Virus record (IMG/VR): IMGVR_UViG_3300012147_000006
Span: 78,156 to 142,155 of that record
DNA: 64,000 nucleotides
Origin: a virus
Direction: 5' to 3' (one strand)
Shown here: one piece after another, positions 40,092-49,882 of the stretch
How positions within the stretch are numbered: position 1 is the first letter of the stretch
Layout of the letters: each line of letters opens with the position of its first letter
Notes under the pieces: generated by a model
Seen by the model: only the letters and a program-made list of their open reading frames with translations
Database searches by the model: none
What the model was told of the DNA's origin: nothing
Translations under genes and position numbers: made by a program

Positions 40092-40670
40092 TCATTTTAT
40101 TTTTTTCAGATATTCTTGATAAAGTTCGTCATAACTTCTATTATCTGGCTCTGACAAATCCGCTACATTCCAAGCAGATACAATAAGGCCTCTATCCATT
40201 GGATTGAAATTGTCGTGACCTTCTGTAAGTTTGTCAACTATGTTTTGAATTTGATTTATGTGCTTATACATAATCTTAGGGTCTCTTGATTTTGATAACA
40301 AACCATCAGAAATGCTAATATAATGAGCTACCTCCCAATCTACCCACTGCTTCCCGTATACTGGACCAAGGCTACCATCTTCATCGGCCCATTCATCCCA
40401 GATGTGAACTTTATTATCTACAAGGTATTTTATATTTGTCATTTCAAGACCTTCGTATTCTTTAAGGTTGGTATGATTACCAAGGAGCCAAAGTAGTTCA
40501 TGAGTAACTCCTGGCATCCAAGTTTTCTTTAAAGTAAGAAGTGGGAATCCGTCATCCATATTATAAGTAGATTGGTGTCCGAATATTTTTACAGTACCAG
40601 TGCCAGTTCTATCGTCAGACTTGTGTCCTTCGTTTATAATTCTATGAATTAAATCTGTATATTGTTTCAT
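40092..40670 (-). CDS. thyA: thymidylate synthase, N-terminal half
   Basis: DRTGTGT, GFPLLT.K, ELLW, IWDEWAD, LGPVYGKQW, SAWNV. Confidence 0.92.
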   Translation of the reverse strand: MKQYTDLIHRIINEGHKSDDRTGTGTVKIFGHQSTYNMDDGFPLLTLKKTWMPGVTHELLWLLGNHTNLKEYEGLEMTNIKYLVDNKVHIWDEWADEDGSLGPVYGKQWVDWEVAHYISISDGLLSKSRDPKIMYKHINQIQNIVDKLTEGHDNFNPMDRGLIVSAWNVADLSEPDNRSYDELYQEYLKKIK

Positions 40671-41578
40671 ATTTGTATTTTTAAGTATTCATCATCTTCA
40701 TCGTAGAGAATGTCCATTGAGTCAAGGTACTCTTTTATTGATAGCTTTTGACTATTTGATATTCCGCTTTCTATTGAACCGAGACAATCGAATTCAAGCC
40801 TTCCAACCATGCTAATATACTTGAGACCTATGTAAATGTGTTTAGACTCTGTATCATACCCTGAGGTGGCTGCAATATCATACATAGATAGCAATACATA
40901 TTTTCCAAAATACATTTCATCAATACCTTTGCTTAAATCTTTTATTTCTGAATACTTTTCGAGTTCCAATTTATTATCAACAACAGATACAATAAATTGT
41001 CCATTGTATTTTTCTGATGACTCAAGATATTTAAACGCCTCAAGAAACTCTTCTGGCTGCCACTTAAATTCCTTGGAAAAAACATTACTTTTTGGATTAG
41101 CTCTTAACGAATTAATTATTTTCTCTTTTTCAAAATAACTAACCTTTTCTCTTTTCCAGTCTGTTTTTGGTGGTGGCGTTCCTTTTGAGATGGGTTGCTT
41201 CAATTGGTCTGCAACTTCTTTAGCTGTCCTGGAAGGCTCTTCCATTGTAATACCAGCTGCAGCAACAGATGCTTTTCGAATTTCTTCCTGTCTTTCACGA
41301 GAAAGAACTTCATCTATAATAGCTTTTTTGCCGATGTCACCAAAATGGACACCTTTGAATTTTTCTTTATTTTGAGACTCTTTAACCTTTTGAATTGTGT
41401 CATTATTAAGTTCATCTCTAATATCAAGAAACATAAATTCAGCAAGCTCACAAAGCTTATTGTTAATGTCTAAGATGTACTTTTCAACTCTATCTTTTCG
41501 GTTTTTGTTTATTTCTGCAATGTTGTTTTCCTTTCCGCTGATTGGGTAGTGGTCAGGATGGTATCTGTTTATGCTCAT
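40667..41578 (-). CDS. hypothetical protein
   Basis: 303-aa ORF. Confidence 0.75.
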   Translation of the reverse strand: MSINRYHPDHYPISGKENNIAEINKNRKDRVEKYILDINNKLCELAEFMFLDIRDELNNDTIQKVKESQNKEKFKGVHFGDIGKKAIIDEVLSRERQEEIRKASVAAAGITMEEPSRTAKEVADQLKQPISKGTPPPKTDWKREKVSYFEKEKIINSLRANPKSNVFSKEFKWQPEEFLEAFKYLESSEKYNGQFIVSVVDNKLELEKYSEIKDLSKGIDEMYFGKYVLLSMYDIAATSGYDTESKHIYIGLKYISMVGRLEFDCLGSIESGISNSQKLSIKEYLDSMDILYDEDDEYLKIQI

Positions 41579-41631
41579 GACTATGCTTTCTAATTTTTAT
41601 AAAAATAAGAAAATATAGTCATAAAAACAAA

Positions 41632-42771
41632 TTAGGAAATGGAAAATAGCTTGAAATATTCTTCTGTAGTAATTTCAGGCTTGTCAAGACTCTTTATAAA
41701 CTCTATTTTTGTTTTGATGAACTCGACATCTTTCTTTACCATCATAGCCTCTTCGAACTCTTCGTTATTAGATAGTGAGTCCATTTTTTTAGAAAGAAAC
41801 TTGCTCAACTCTTCGGCTTCGTATTCTATATCTCCAGTTGCAATAAATTTATTACCTTCATAGACTGATTCTGTCTTAATTTTTTCAGACAACTTAATCA
41901 ACCTATCATATCCCATTCTATTTGTCTCAAAAACAATTGATTGGTCTGGTTTAAGGTGTTTTTTTACTTCAGCAAGTTTATATGGAAACTTTGTTTCCTT
42001 AAGAATCATAGAGTCACCCTTTTCAAGTCTTTTTTGATACTTAAAGAATCCACTATAAAGTATTCCAACTTCTTTTAGCAAGTCACCTTGGTTCTTGCAG
42101 CTTGTGAACACAATTGAGTTTGGACTATTTGGGTCTTTTACTCTTTCGAATTCTGACTCAACTATTTTTATATAATTTCTATCATCATAATCCTCAGAAT
42201 CTTTAAAGTCTCCTCCGAACTGGATTATAGGGCTTCCCGTTTGGTTAAACCCAAACTCCAAGAATAGATAAAAATACAAAGTAACTTTTTCTCTTAATTC
42301 AGGCTCTTTGTATTTAAACTTAAACAATTCGCTTTTTGATGCTATAAGTTCATTTTTTGTACTTTCTCCTATTGGAGCATCACTTATTTCTTTGTCAAAA
42401 TCCCCTTCTCCATAAATAAACTCCAGGTTGTTGTGCGCTATTTTGTCTGTCTCTGCCTTTAGATTGTTCAAATCCTTTACAACACTAACCTCCAACTCTC
42501 TACTATAGTTGAGCCCAAGGTTTTCGAGATTATCTCTCATTTCCATTATAGTTGAGACAGTTGAATTGTTGGAAGATTCAAATTGAAGACTGCTTGTTTC
42601 AGTATATCCAAATTTTTCGAGTATCTCCTTTATGTCTTTATAACTTTTGTTTTTTACAACGCTTCTATTAAGAGTGTTGCTTCCATTTTTTGTAATAAAT
42701 ATCATATTCCTTCCACCGCTTGCAAAAGGATTTGGTATGATACAGAAATCTAAATCTACGTCTTTATTCAT
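41632..42771 (-). CDS. hypothetical protein with C-terminal UVR-like motif
   Basis: EEFEEAMMVK. Confidence 0.7.
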   Translation of the reverse strand: MNKDVDLDFCIIPNPFASGGRNMIFITKNGSNTLNRSVVKNKSYKDIKEILEKFGYTETSSLQFESSNNSTVSTIMEMRDNLENLGLNYSRELEVSVVKDLNNLKAETDKIAHNNLEFIYGEGDFDKEISDAPIGESTKNELIASKSELFKFKYKEPELREKVTLYFYLFLEFGFNQTGSPIIQFGGDFKDSEDYDDRNYIKIVESEFERVKDPNSPNSIVFTSCKNQGDLLKEVGILYSGFFKYQKRLEKGDSMILKETKFPYKLAEVKKHLKPDQSIVFETNRMGYDRLIKLSEKIKTESVYEGNKFIATGDIEYEAEELSKFLSKKMDSLSNNEEFEEAMMVKKDVEFIKTKIEFIKSLDKPEITTEEYFKLFSIS

Positions 42772-42830
42772 ATAGGCTTTTATTATAAATAGTTTATAAA
42801 TAATTTGACATTTTTGTCACATATTTATGA

Positions 42831-42870
<40 letters not shown>

Positions 42871-42871
42871 T

Positions 42872-43432
42872 ATGCCGAAATTTAAAGTCAAAAAAGATAA
42901 GAAATTCTTTAAAGGTCCTAAGTGGAACTTAATAGGAATAAACAAGAAAGAGTTTAATGTAAAAGCGTACTTTCATCAAGACTGCGGATATAGGTTGACT
43001 GAAAACTACGACCAAATAAACAAACTTACTGGTGTGTCCTATAACTTCTTTCCATTTTATGACAAAGAAAGCAAGTCTTGGAAACCTGGTCATCACAAGA
43101 ATAGCGTTAGAGTTGGATGGAGATGTGTTGATGGTGAGGAAATAGAACTATTGGCTTACGTGTATATTGATGGGGTGAGAAAAAGCAAAAAGCTAATCAA
43201 CATAGACCTGGAGGAGTGGGTTCACATTAACTTTAAAGAGACGGACGATTACTATACTTTCAAAATAATTAAAGAAAATGGAGAAAGTTCAATAGCTCAA
43301 TTTAAAAAGAATAGCACAAAAAAGGGTTTTCTTGGACTATTTATATACAGATTGTATCCTTACTTTGGTGGTAAAATAGCTGCCCCATATAGTATGAACA
43401 TAGAATTGAGATATTTTAAAAAATTTATATAA
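42872..43432 (+). CDS. hypothetical protein
   Basis: DQINKL.G, NSVR.GWR, YPYFGG; start likely MPKF. Confidence 0.7.
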   Translation: MPKFKVKKDKKFFKGPKWNLIGINKKEFNVKAYFHQDCGYRLTENYDQINKLTGVSYNFFPFYDKESKSWKPGHHKNSVRVGWRCVDGEEIELLAYVYIDGVRKSKKLINIDLEEWVHINFKETDDYYTFKIIKENGESSIAQFKKNSTKKGFLGLFIYRLYPYFGGKIAAPYSMNIELRYFKKFI

Positions 43433-43683
43433 TGAATTTATCAGAAGAAGACGAAATAAGAGCAATGGTTAGAGAAATGCTTGCTGGAGGAATCAAAGAA
43501 TATGACGCATTGTATTCCAAAGAAAAAGAATGGAAGCAGGAGTCTAAAGAGCTTAGAGTCTTACTTGTTGACTTGCTTAAAAATATTGAGAATGATGATT
43601 ACAAAGAGGGTGTCAGCAAAATAGACACCGTTGTTCACAAGCTAAATACTTGGAAAAGGAAAATCGAAAAATTTATTGACTAA
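43432..43683 (+). CDS. putative virion protein
   Basis: IRAMVREML N-terminal helix. Confidence 0.6.
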   Translation: MNLSEEDEIRAMVREMLAGGIKEYDALYSKEKEWKQESKELRVLLVDLLKNIENDDYKEGVSKIDTVVHKLNTWKRKIEKFID

Positions 43684-43701
43684 TACCTAAAAAATAACAA
43701 A

Positions 43702-43815
43702 ATGAAAGACGTGAAAGAAACCTGTACTTGCAAATGCAAGGAATGCGAAAAAGATAGCTGTAAAAATTGCTCTTGCAAATCATGCAAGTGTGACGGATGT
43801 GCTTGTGACAAATAA
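43702..43815 (+). CDS. 37-aa metallothionein-like peptide (11 Cys)
   Basis: Not in track: MKDVKETCTCKCKECEKDSCKNCSCKSCKCDGCACDK. Confidence 0.65.
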   Translation: MKDVKETCTCKCKECEKDSCKNCSCKSCKCDGCACDK

Positions 43816-43818
43816 AAG

Positions 43819-44712
43819 TTAATTAACTTTATAAACATGTAGTTCAGGCTGGCTCATCAAAATGTTGCTCCAGTTGTTATCATCTAACTTATCGAATTTA
43901 CAATGAGCCAGGAATTTTCCTGGCTTTTCTATTAACAGCTTCTCCCAGCCAAATGGAGATATTTTATTAATATCCCTATCAAGAACAAGATAAGACAAAT
44001 CAGGTTCTTCAAACATACAACAAAGCCTTATTGAATAGAATATGTCGCCAGAAAGGAACTTTTTAAAATTGCAGTAACTAAGCATCTCTGGCCTAATAGA
44101 TAAAAGATTAATCCAATCTATGCTTGTTAAAGCGTTTATGTCTAAAAGGTCTAAGCTTTCTTTGCCTGTGTGAGCCAATATTTCAGAAATCTGGTATCCT
44201 TTTAATAATTTATAACTTACCTGTTTAATAATGTTTCTGTCGTAATTATATCCTTTAATGATATTCATCGACTCTTTGAAGTTAAACTTGTAATTAGAAA
44301 GTTTTATATTGTCAAGAAAATATTTCTCCCCCAAAGAAAGAACTACTGCAGCTTCAGATGTGGTTATTTTATTGAGGTCAATTTTAAATTTCTCAACATA
44401 TTCAGGCTTTCTCTTGAGAAGGTGGATTAAGTGCTTGATTTTGTAGTCATATTTCTCAATACTTACCTTTTTCATTATGTCAGCATCATTGTCGAGGCAT
44501 CTAATTAGAATTCTAATCATCTTCATTTTATCAATCTTATCCCATCTAACAACTTTTCTAACCTCTTCATTTTCAGATATGACTCTATCTGGCACCTGGT
44601 TGTAATTAACATTATTCGCCAAATGTTTCAATATTGAACTTGGAATCTCGTCCCAGTGCCAACTGAATATATCAGTTATCAAAGCGTCTGCTGTAATTGA
44701 AATTACATTCAT
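43819..44712 (-). CDS. helical repeat protein
   Basis: W..LL..P repeats. Confidence 0.7.
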   Translation of the reverse strand: MNVISITADALITDIFSWHWDEIPSSILKHLANNVNYNQVPDRVISENEEVRKVVRWDKIDKMKMIRILIRCLDNDADIMKKVSIEKYDYKIKHLIHLLKRKPEYVEKFKIDLNKITTSEAAVVLSLGEKYFLDNIKLSNYKFNFKESMNIIKGYNYDRNIIKQVSYKLLKGYQISEILAHTGKESLDLLDINALTSIDWINLLSIRPEMLSYCNFKKFLSGDIFYSIRLCCMFEEPDLSYLVLDRDINKISPFGWEKLLIEKPGKFLAHCKFDKLDDNNWSNILMSQPELHVYKVN

Positions 44713-44748
44713 AATTGATTTTAAGTATTTATTTTCTTATTTTTCCAC

Positions 44749-45273
44749 ATGGACAATAACATACCCATAAAAATATACAACAAAGATGGAAAAATAAAGC
44801 TATCCGTTAAGTATTCTAAAGTCACCAAGACTATTAGTACATATAAATACAATGGAGAAAGTGTTGACACACATCATCTTACAGTTGATGTTCGTGAGGC
44901 TATGGATAAATTGTTACTTGAGTACTCGGAATCAAATTATAATCCAGCAAGGCTTAGTAGAAAAAGCCCACTTAGCCCTTATCACGCATACTATGAAATG
45001 ACGAGTGAGGTTGGTGGAGTCTTAAAAAAAAGAGTGTCTGTTTCAAAAAAATCAATTGAGAAAATTGAGATTGCTGGAGACATGGAAGAGGTGAGAACGA
45101 CAATTAATCTCGATAGTAAAAATGAGTATGAAAAAAGGATTAAGTACTTTGAGGGCGAGAGGTATGAGTCAGAATTTAAAAACGGAGAACTATATGATAT
45201 TGCCTTCAGATTAAAAGAAAATAAAATTAATGAATATTTAAAAACACTACAAGATGGAAAAGAAAAAAATTGA
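44749..45273 (+). CDS. hypothetical protein
   Basis: ORF. Confidence 0.65.
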   Translation: MDNNIPIKIYNKDGKIKLSVKYSKVTKTISTYKYNGESVDTHHLTVDVREAMDKLLLEYSESNYNPARLSRKSPLSPYHAYYEMTSEVGGVLKKRVSVSKKSIEKIEIAGDMEEVRTTINLDSKNEYEKRIKYFEGERYESEFKNGELYDIAFRLKENKINEYLKTLQDGKEKN

Positions 45274-45568
45274 CATAGAGATGGCGAACATGGTCGGCAA
45301 GACTTATTTTGCAATTGCAACTTGGCATAACCAAGATTTTGATAACGAGAAAGAAAAACAAGAAGCTTTGAAGCATGTGTCTGCTGAGATTATACAGCAA
45401 ATACTTGAAGATACATTCCTTCAGATGGATGGTGTTGTAGACACAGAAGCTAAAGACGTTAGTCACAGCGTTCCTGCAAAAACAATTAACCAAACATCAG
45501 GAGGTACAGGAAAGATGTTTGCTCCTACTGAGGACCCAATAATAAGAGCTCTAAGAGAAAATAGATAA
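45254..45568 (+). CDS. hypothetical protein
   Basis: ORF. Confidence 0.65.
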   Translation: MEKKKIDIEMANMVGKTYFAIATWHNQDFDNEKEKQEALKHVSAEIIQQILEDTFLQMDGVVDTEAKDVSHSVPAKTINQTSGGTGKMFAPTEDPIIRALRENR

Positions 45569-45572
45569 TATC

Positions 45573-46457
45573 ATGATAACTATATTCAAAAATATAATAA
45601 AGTTCATTACAGACCCTAAAAACACTCGAATGATAATGTTGGGCGTTATTGTTGTAGTATTATTGTTGTTCTTGCAACAGTGCAATAGAACGCAACACTT
45701 TAAAGACCAGGTTGAGCTTGAGAAACAGGAAACAAAAAGAGTTACAAATAACTACGAAGCTGCAATGGACACAATTGTTCAAGGCAAAGCAGATGAGAAT
45801 ACGTGGAGAGCTGAAAAAGCGGGATATGAATTAACTCTTGATGAACTTGAAGGCAAATATTCTGACCTTCTTGGCGACTTCAAGGTTGAGAAAAATAAGC
45901 CACCAAAAGTTATCATAAAAACAGAGTACGTAATAAACGAAGTTATAAACAATGTTCCAGTATATGTTGAGATTGATAGTTTTGGAAATACGGTTATGGC
46001 ATTTAATGACAGCACATACCACGACTCTACAATGACTAATTATAGATTTTTAAGCGGAAGGATTCCATATAAGATTGTGTTCGACCCATCTGACTCTCTT
46101 TATAAAGCAGTTCCAGATTTTGGCACATTTGACCTTACACTGGGAATGAACCTTAACTTAGGGTTATTCCAAGATAAGAAAACAAGAAAGATTAGCATAA
46201 TGGCTGACACAGATTATCCTGGAGTTACGTTTACAAACATTGAGGGAGCCAGCATAATGGATGACCCTGCAAACAAAAAAGTTCTTAGACAAATGCGTAA
46301 ACCATGGGGGTTAGGACTTAATGTTGGATATGGTGCTATCGTAGACATAAAGAGTGGAAACATTTCTACTGGCCCTTATTTCGGAGTAGGCTTAAGTTAT
46401 ACGCCTAAATTTTTACAATGGGGAAATAAAATATCTTTTTTAACTCTATTTATATAA
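45573..46457 (+). CDS. membrane-anchored coiled-coil protein with C-terminal beta-hairpin (spanin-like)
   Basis: TM plus QQC; WGLGLNVGYG...GVGLSY. Confidence 0.55.
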   Translation: MITIFKNIIKFITDPKNTRMIMLGVIVVVLLLFLQQCNRTQHFKDQVELEKQETKRVTNNYEAAMDTIVQGKADENTWRAEKAGYELTLDELEGKYSDLLGDFKVEKNKPPKVIIKTEYVINEVINNVPVYVEIDSFGNTVMAFNDSTYHDSTMTNYRFLSGRIPYKIVFDPSDSLYKAVPDFGTFDLTLGMNLNLGLFQDKKTRKISIMADTDYPGVTFTNIEGASIMDDPANKKVLRQMRKPWGLGLNVGYGAIVDIKSGNISTGPYFGVGLSYTPKFLQWGNKISFLTLFI

Positions 46458-46467
46458 AACAAAACAA

Positions 46468-47007
46468 ATGTATACAGAAAGACTTATTGCAAATATGGCA
46501 AAGAAGACTGGGATTGACATTAGCAAGTTCGACATAGAAGAGTTGGTAATGGGAATGGATGTTGAGTTAGAACACGGAAGTGAAAATCCAGAGACAGACG
46601 TAACAGGAGATGACCCAGAAGCTACTTTTAAAATTGTAATATCTCACATGCGTGAACTTTCAGATTATTACACAAGATTAAAAAAAATGGAAAAGAAAGA
46701 AAACATTAGCGAATACGCAAAAAGAATGAGAGAACTTGCTGGTCTTTCTGAAGGAAATCAGAACAAAACTCTTAAAACTATTCAAGAAGGGGAATCTTCT
46801 TTTGAAGAAGGTCAGACTTTCTACGCAAAAGACATGATGACTTCTAATGATGTTGTTAAAGAATCTGAAGAAAAGGATGAAGATTTTGAAACTCACAAGT
46901 TTGAGCAAAAGACAATCGAAGAAGGCGCAGATGATGCTGAGCTTTACAACTTAAATGAAAACACTGTTATTGTACTTGACTTCTTAGAAGACGAGGATAA
47001 TAAATAA
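46468..47007 (+). CDS. DUF5661-like protein
   Basis: GMDVELEH...H..E..DYYTRL; RMRELAGL. Confidence 0.7.
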   Translation: MYTERLIANMAKKTGIDISKFDIEELVMGMDVELEHGSENPETDVTGDDPEATFKIVISHMRELSDYYTRLKKMEKKENISEYAKRMRELAGLSEGNQNKTLKTIQEGESSFEEGQTFYAKDMMTSNDVVKESEEKDEDFETHKFEQKTIEEGADDAELYNLNENTVIVLDFLEDEDNK

Positions 47008-47060
47008 AAGATACCTTGGGGCGATAACGGACCCCTATCCTTTAGGACCGTTATAGTTAC

Positions 47061-47092
47061 AAAAAAAGAGACTTATCGCTAAGTCTCTTTTT
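47061..47092. terminator. bidirectional terminator
   Basis: AAAAAGAGACTTA/TAAGTCTCTTTTT. Confidence 0.7.
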
Positions 47093-47116
47093 CTTTGTCT
47101 AATATTTTCTAATTTC

Positions 47117-47353
47117 TTAGTATCCCTGTGGAGCTTCATCGTTTGATGCTCTTGGTGCTTCTGTTACAGACGGTGCTGATACAACCTCTTCAGTTGGAGC
47201 TGGAGCTGGAGCTTCTTGGTTTTGAAGTGAGTTAAGGTAAGATATGGCTACATAAATGTAGTGAGATTCTTCTAATGAGTATACTCCACCTTTGCTATGT
47301 GCAACGTTTACTGCTGAAATTAATGTGTTTAATGCTTCTGCTACTGAATTCAT
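47117..47353 (-). CDS. hypothetical protein
   Basis: A...G.YSLEES motif. Confidence 0.65.
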   Translation of the reverse strand: MNSVAEALNTLISAVNVAHSKGGVYSLEESHYIYVAISYLNSLQNQEAPAPAPTEEVVSAPSVTEAPRASNDEAPQGY

Positions 47354-47427
47354 AATTCTAAATTTATAAAGTTTTTATTTAACCAAATATATAAACCTGG
47401 TTTTGTAAAATAAATAGTTTTTGTTTT

Positions 47428-47820
47428 TTATTTAACTAAGTCGTTAATCCAAGAAAACCTATGATTAATGTTCTCAATTATATATTCTGGCAATTTTAGG
47501 TTGTGTTGTTTAAATTTAACAGAACCTTCTTTGATTGTGTGTGGGAACTTATAGTTATACATTCCGTCAAACTCAAATGTAGACTGTCTAAGGTCCTCAA
47601 AGTTGTTTTTGCCATAATCATACTCTTCTTCTCCTAAGAACTCGTGAACACGCTTTAAAGTCTCTACTGGATGCTTTGTAAGATGTTCATACTTAACAAT
47701 AAGTATTCTATCTCCGTATCCAGTTTCAAATGCGTCATTTAAAAGCCATACTGGTCTTGCTACAAGTCCTCCATCGTTTATAAATGTATCAACCCTTTTA
47801 GATAGAGTGGAGAAAATTAC
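47428..47820 (-). pseudogene. C-terminal half of a sulfotransferase, no start codon
   Basis: ILIVKYEHLTKHPVETLKRVHEFLGE; open frame begins inside the end of 47798-48118. Confidence 0.7.
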
Positions 47821-48118
47821 CTAAAGCTCCAGAAATAAAGTTATTATACCCACCTGCAATTGCAGCATACGGTGTGTTTGTTATTGTATTTCCTCTTCCA
47901 GCGACAAAAGATTCCTGACCACCCGCAATATTTCCAGTTCCATTATTTGCTATAATAGAATTAGTACCAGTTGATGCAGACCACAAGTCTCCACTCGTAC
48001 TTGTAGTAGCAGTAGTTACTATATTGGTGCCATCAAAAACTAATGCTTGTCCTGCGATAAGCCCTGTGAAATCATGGTCTGTTGCTCCTGTAAAGCTATG
48101 TAGTCTTAAATGGCTCAT
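47798..48118 (-). pseudogene. truncated tail-fibre/adhesin-like gene
   Basis: GQALVFDG, SFVAGRGN, AIAGGYNN repeats ending abruptly. Confidence 0.55.
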
Positions 48119-48146
48119 TTGGTTGTTTTATTATAAATATTATTCA

Positions 48147-48605
48147 TTAAGTTAATTCTACACTTTTTGTTGTTCCAGTCACTTGATAATTCAAGAAAGT
48201 TGTACCACCAGAAGTAGTAAACCACATTGAACCGTCTGCTGGAGCTGCTGCGTTAACTGGCTCCATTATAAGTTGAGCTACAGATGTAGAAGTTAAACTC
48301 ATCGTATTTGCGCTTACGTTTGTTGTAAATACAGTATCTCCTGTTACAGTTCCACCGCTAAGTGCAAGGAAGTTTCCAGAACCTCCTCCTGTTACAGTTC
48401 CCACCGCTAATCCAGAACCTCCTCCTGTTACAGTTCCACCGCTAAGTGTAAGGAGGTTTCCAGAACCTCCTCCTGTCATAAATACAGTCCAAACGGATTC
48501 AATTGCACACTCTAAATTTTTAAAGTTTTGATTCCAAAGATTCCTACCTTCATCAGGGTTGTGATAAGGTTGTACTTCAGTTATACCAGTTAAACAATAA
48601 GCCAT
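48147..48605 (-). CDS. Gly/Thr-rich tail-associated protein
   Basis: LSGGTVTG repeats; TATTTAT upstream. Confidence 0.6.
   Translation of the reverse strand: MAYCLTGITEVQPYHNPDEGRNLWNQNFKNLECAIESVWTVFMTGGGSGNLLTLSGGTVTGGGSGLAVGTVTGGGSGNFLALSGGTVTGDTVFTTNVSANTMSLTSTSVAQLIMEPVNAAAPADGSMWFTTSGGTTFLNYQVTGTTKSVELT
48340..48477. repeat. tandem repeat 48+36+48 bp
   Basis: CCTGTTACAGTTCC...CCAGAACCTCCT units. Confidence 0.85.
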
Positions 48606-48658
48606 TTCTTTTGATTATTTATAGTTTCTCTTATAAATATTCAAAGAAAACTTTAAGT

Positions 48659-49405
48659 TTATGTTTTTGTAATAAAATTAATGTTTAAAAACTTCAACAC
48701 TTCTTTGTTTCTAAGATTCTTGTAGTCACTCGCAAATAGGGTATATTCAAAAAGCATTTCATTATACTTTGCAACTGGCGATTTATTTCCCTTTCCAAAT
48801 TTTTGAATTAGCTTTCTCGAATTTACATCAAACTCGATTGTAACGTGAGGCATGTTATGTTTATCTCTAATAGAGACGATGAGAGATTGTTTGTTTTTAA
48901 CCTTGCTTTTATAACCTTTTCCACCAACGCAATGGCCCATTATATTCCCTTCAAGTTTTAGGTCATTTGCTGTCAATAAATACAAGAAATGTTCTTGGTC
49001 TGAAAATCTAAATATAACCCTATCTTCTACGATTGTAGGGATGTCCATTTTTTCGATTCTATACTTCCTTCTCATCTCATCATGCCACTCTGCTTGCATT
49101 TGATATGCCTTATTAAAGTCGCATTGAAATATGTCAGCTTTCGTTTCTGATGCCCAGTCTACTATTAGTCTAATATCTGTAAGTCTGTCGATTATTTCAT
49201 GAGATTTTTTCACTTCTTTAGAAATCCAAACATCATATTTGTGTTTTCTTTTTTCAGCTAATTCATTGTCTTGATTTACGTTGTCTCCAATGAATCCAAT
49301 AGAGTTTCCAACCTCTGAAATCTTCTTAACTAACTTTTCAGCCTCTTCTTCTGGAAGTTCGCTAAAAAACGTTTTCTTTATGTATTCCTCTCTTTTAGTT
49401 AGCAT
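48659..49405 (-). CDS. PcfJ-like domain protein
   Basis: EWH, L..EG..MGHCVG, SIRD, PHVTIE, Q..GKGN. Confidence 0.75.
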   Translation of the reverse strand: MLTKREEYIKKTFFSELPEEEAEKLVKKISEVGNSIGFIGDNVNQDNELAEKRKHKYDVWISKEVKKSHEIIDRLTDIRLIVDWASETKADIFQCDFNKAYQMQAEWHDEMRRKYRIEKMDIPTIVEDRVIFRFSDQEHFLYLLTANDLKLEGNIMGHCVGGKGYKSKVKNKQSLIVSIRDKHNMPHVTIEFDVNSRKLIQKFGKGNKSPVAKYNEMLFEYTLFASDYKNLRNKEVLKFLNINFITKT

Positions 49406-49676
49406 CTTTGTCTTTTTTTTCTCCTACAATTAATCTTAGATTAACAATATCATCAAGTTCTTCTATTTCAAATCTACCAGAATGCTCTTTGGGGTCATCC
49501 ATTTTGAGGCCGTTAATTTTATGTGTTTTTTTAAAGGTGAAGGTTTGTGTGTCGTCATCAAGTTCAAAACCAACAATTGTGTAGCATTTCATAATAACTC
49601 TCAACTTATGCTGCAGAGTTGACAACTTTCTTTTTTTAAAAGTCCTTGCGTTTATTTTGAAATCCTTGATTACCAT
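49395..49676 (-). CDS. hypothetical protein
   Basis: ORF. Confidence 0.6.
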   Translation of the reverse strand: MVIKDFKINARTFKKRKLSTLQHKLRVIMKCYTIVGFELDDDTQTFTFKKTHKINGLKMDDPKEHSGRFEIEELDDIVNLRLIVGEKKDKDAN

Positions 49677-49882
49677 ATTATTATTCTTCTGGCAATAAGT
49701 GGTCCCAATTACTTTTTAACACACTAATATCTTGACTACTTACGACTTCATAAATTCCTGTCCAACCACCATTAACCATATAGTCTAATTCATCTTCATC
49801 ATCAGTAATTGATGTGAATCCAGAATAACCCATTTCTGCAACTTGTTTTGCAACAGCTACTATAAATTCTTCATCAGTCATA

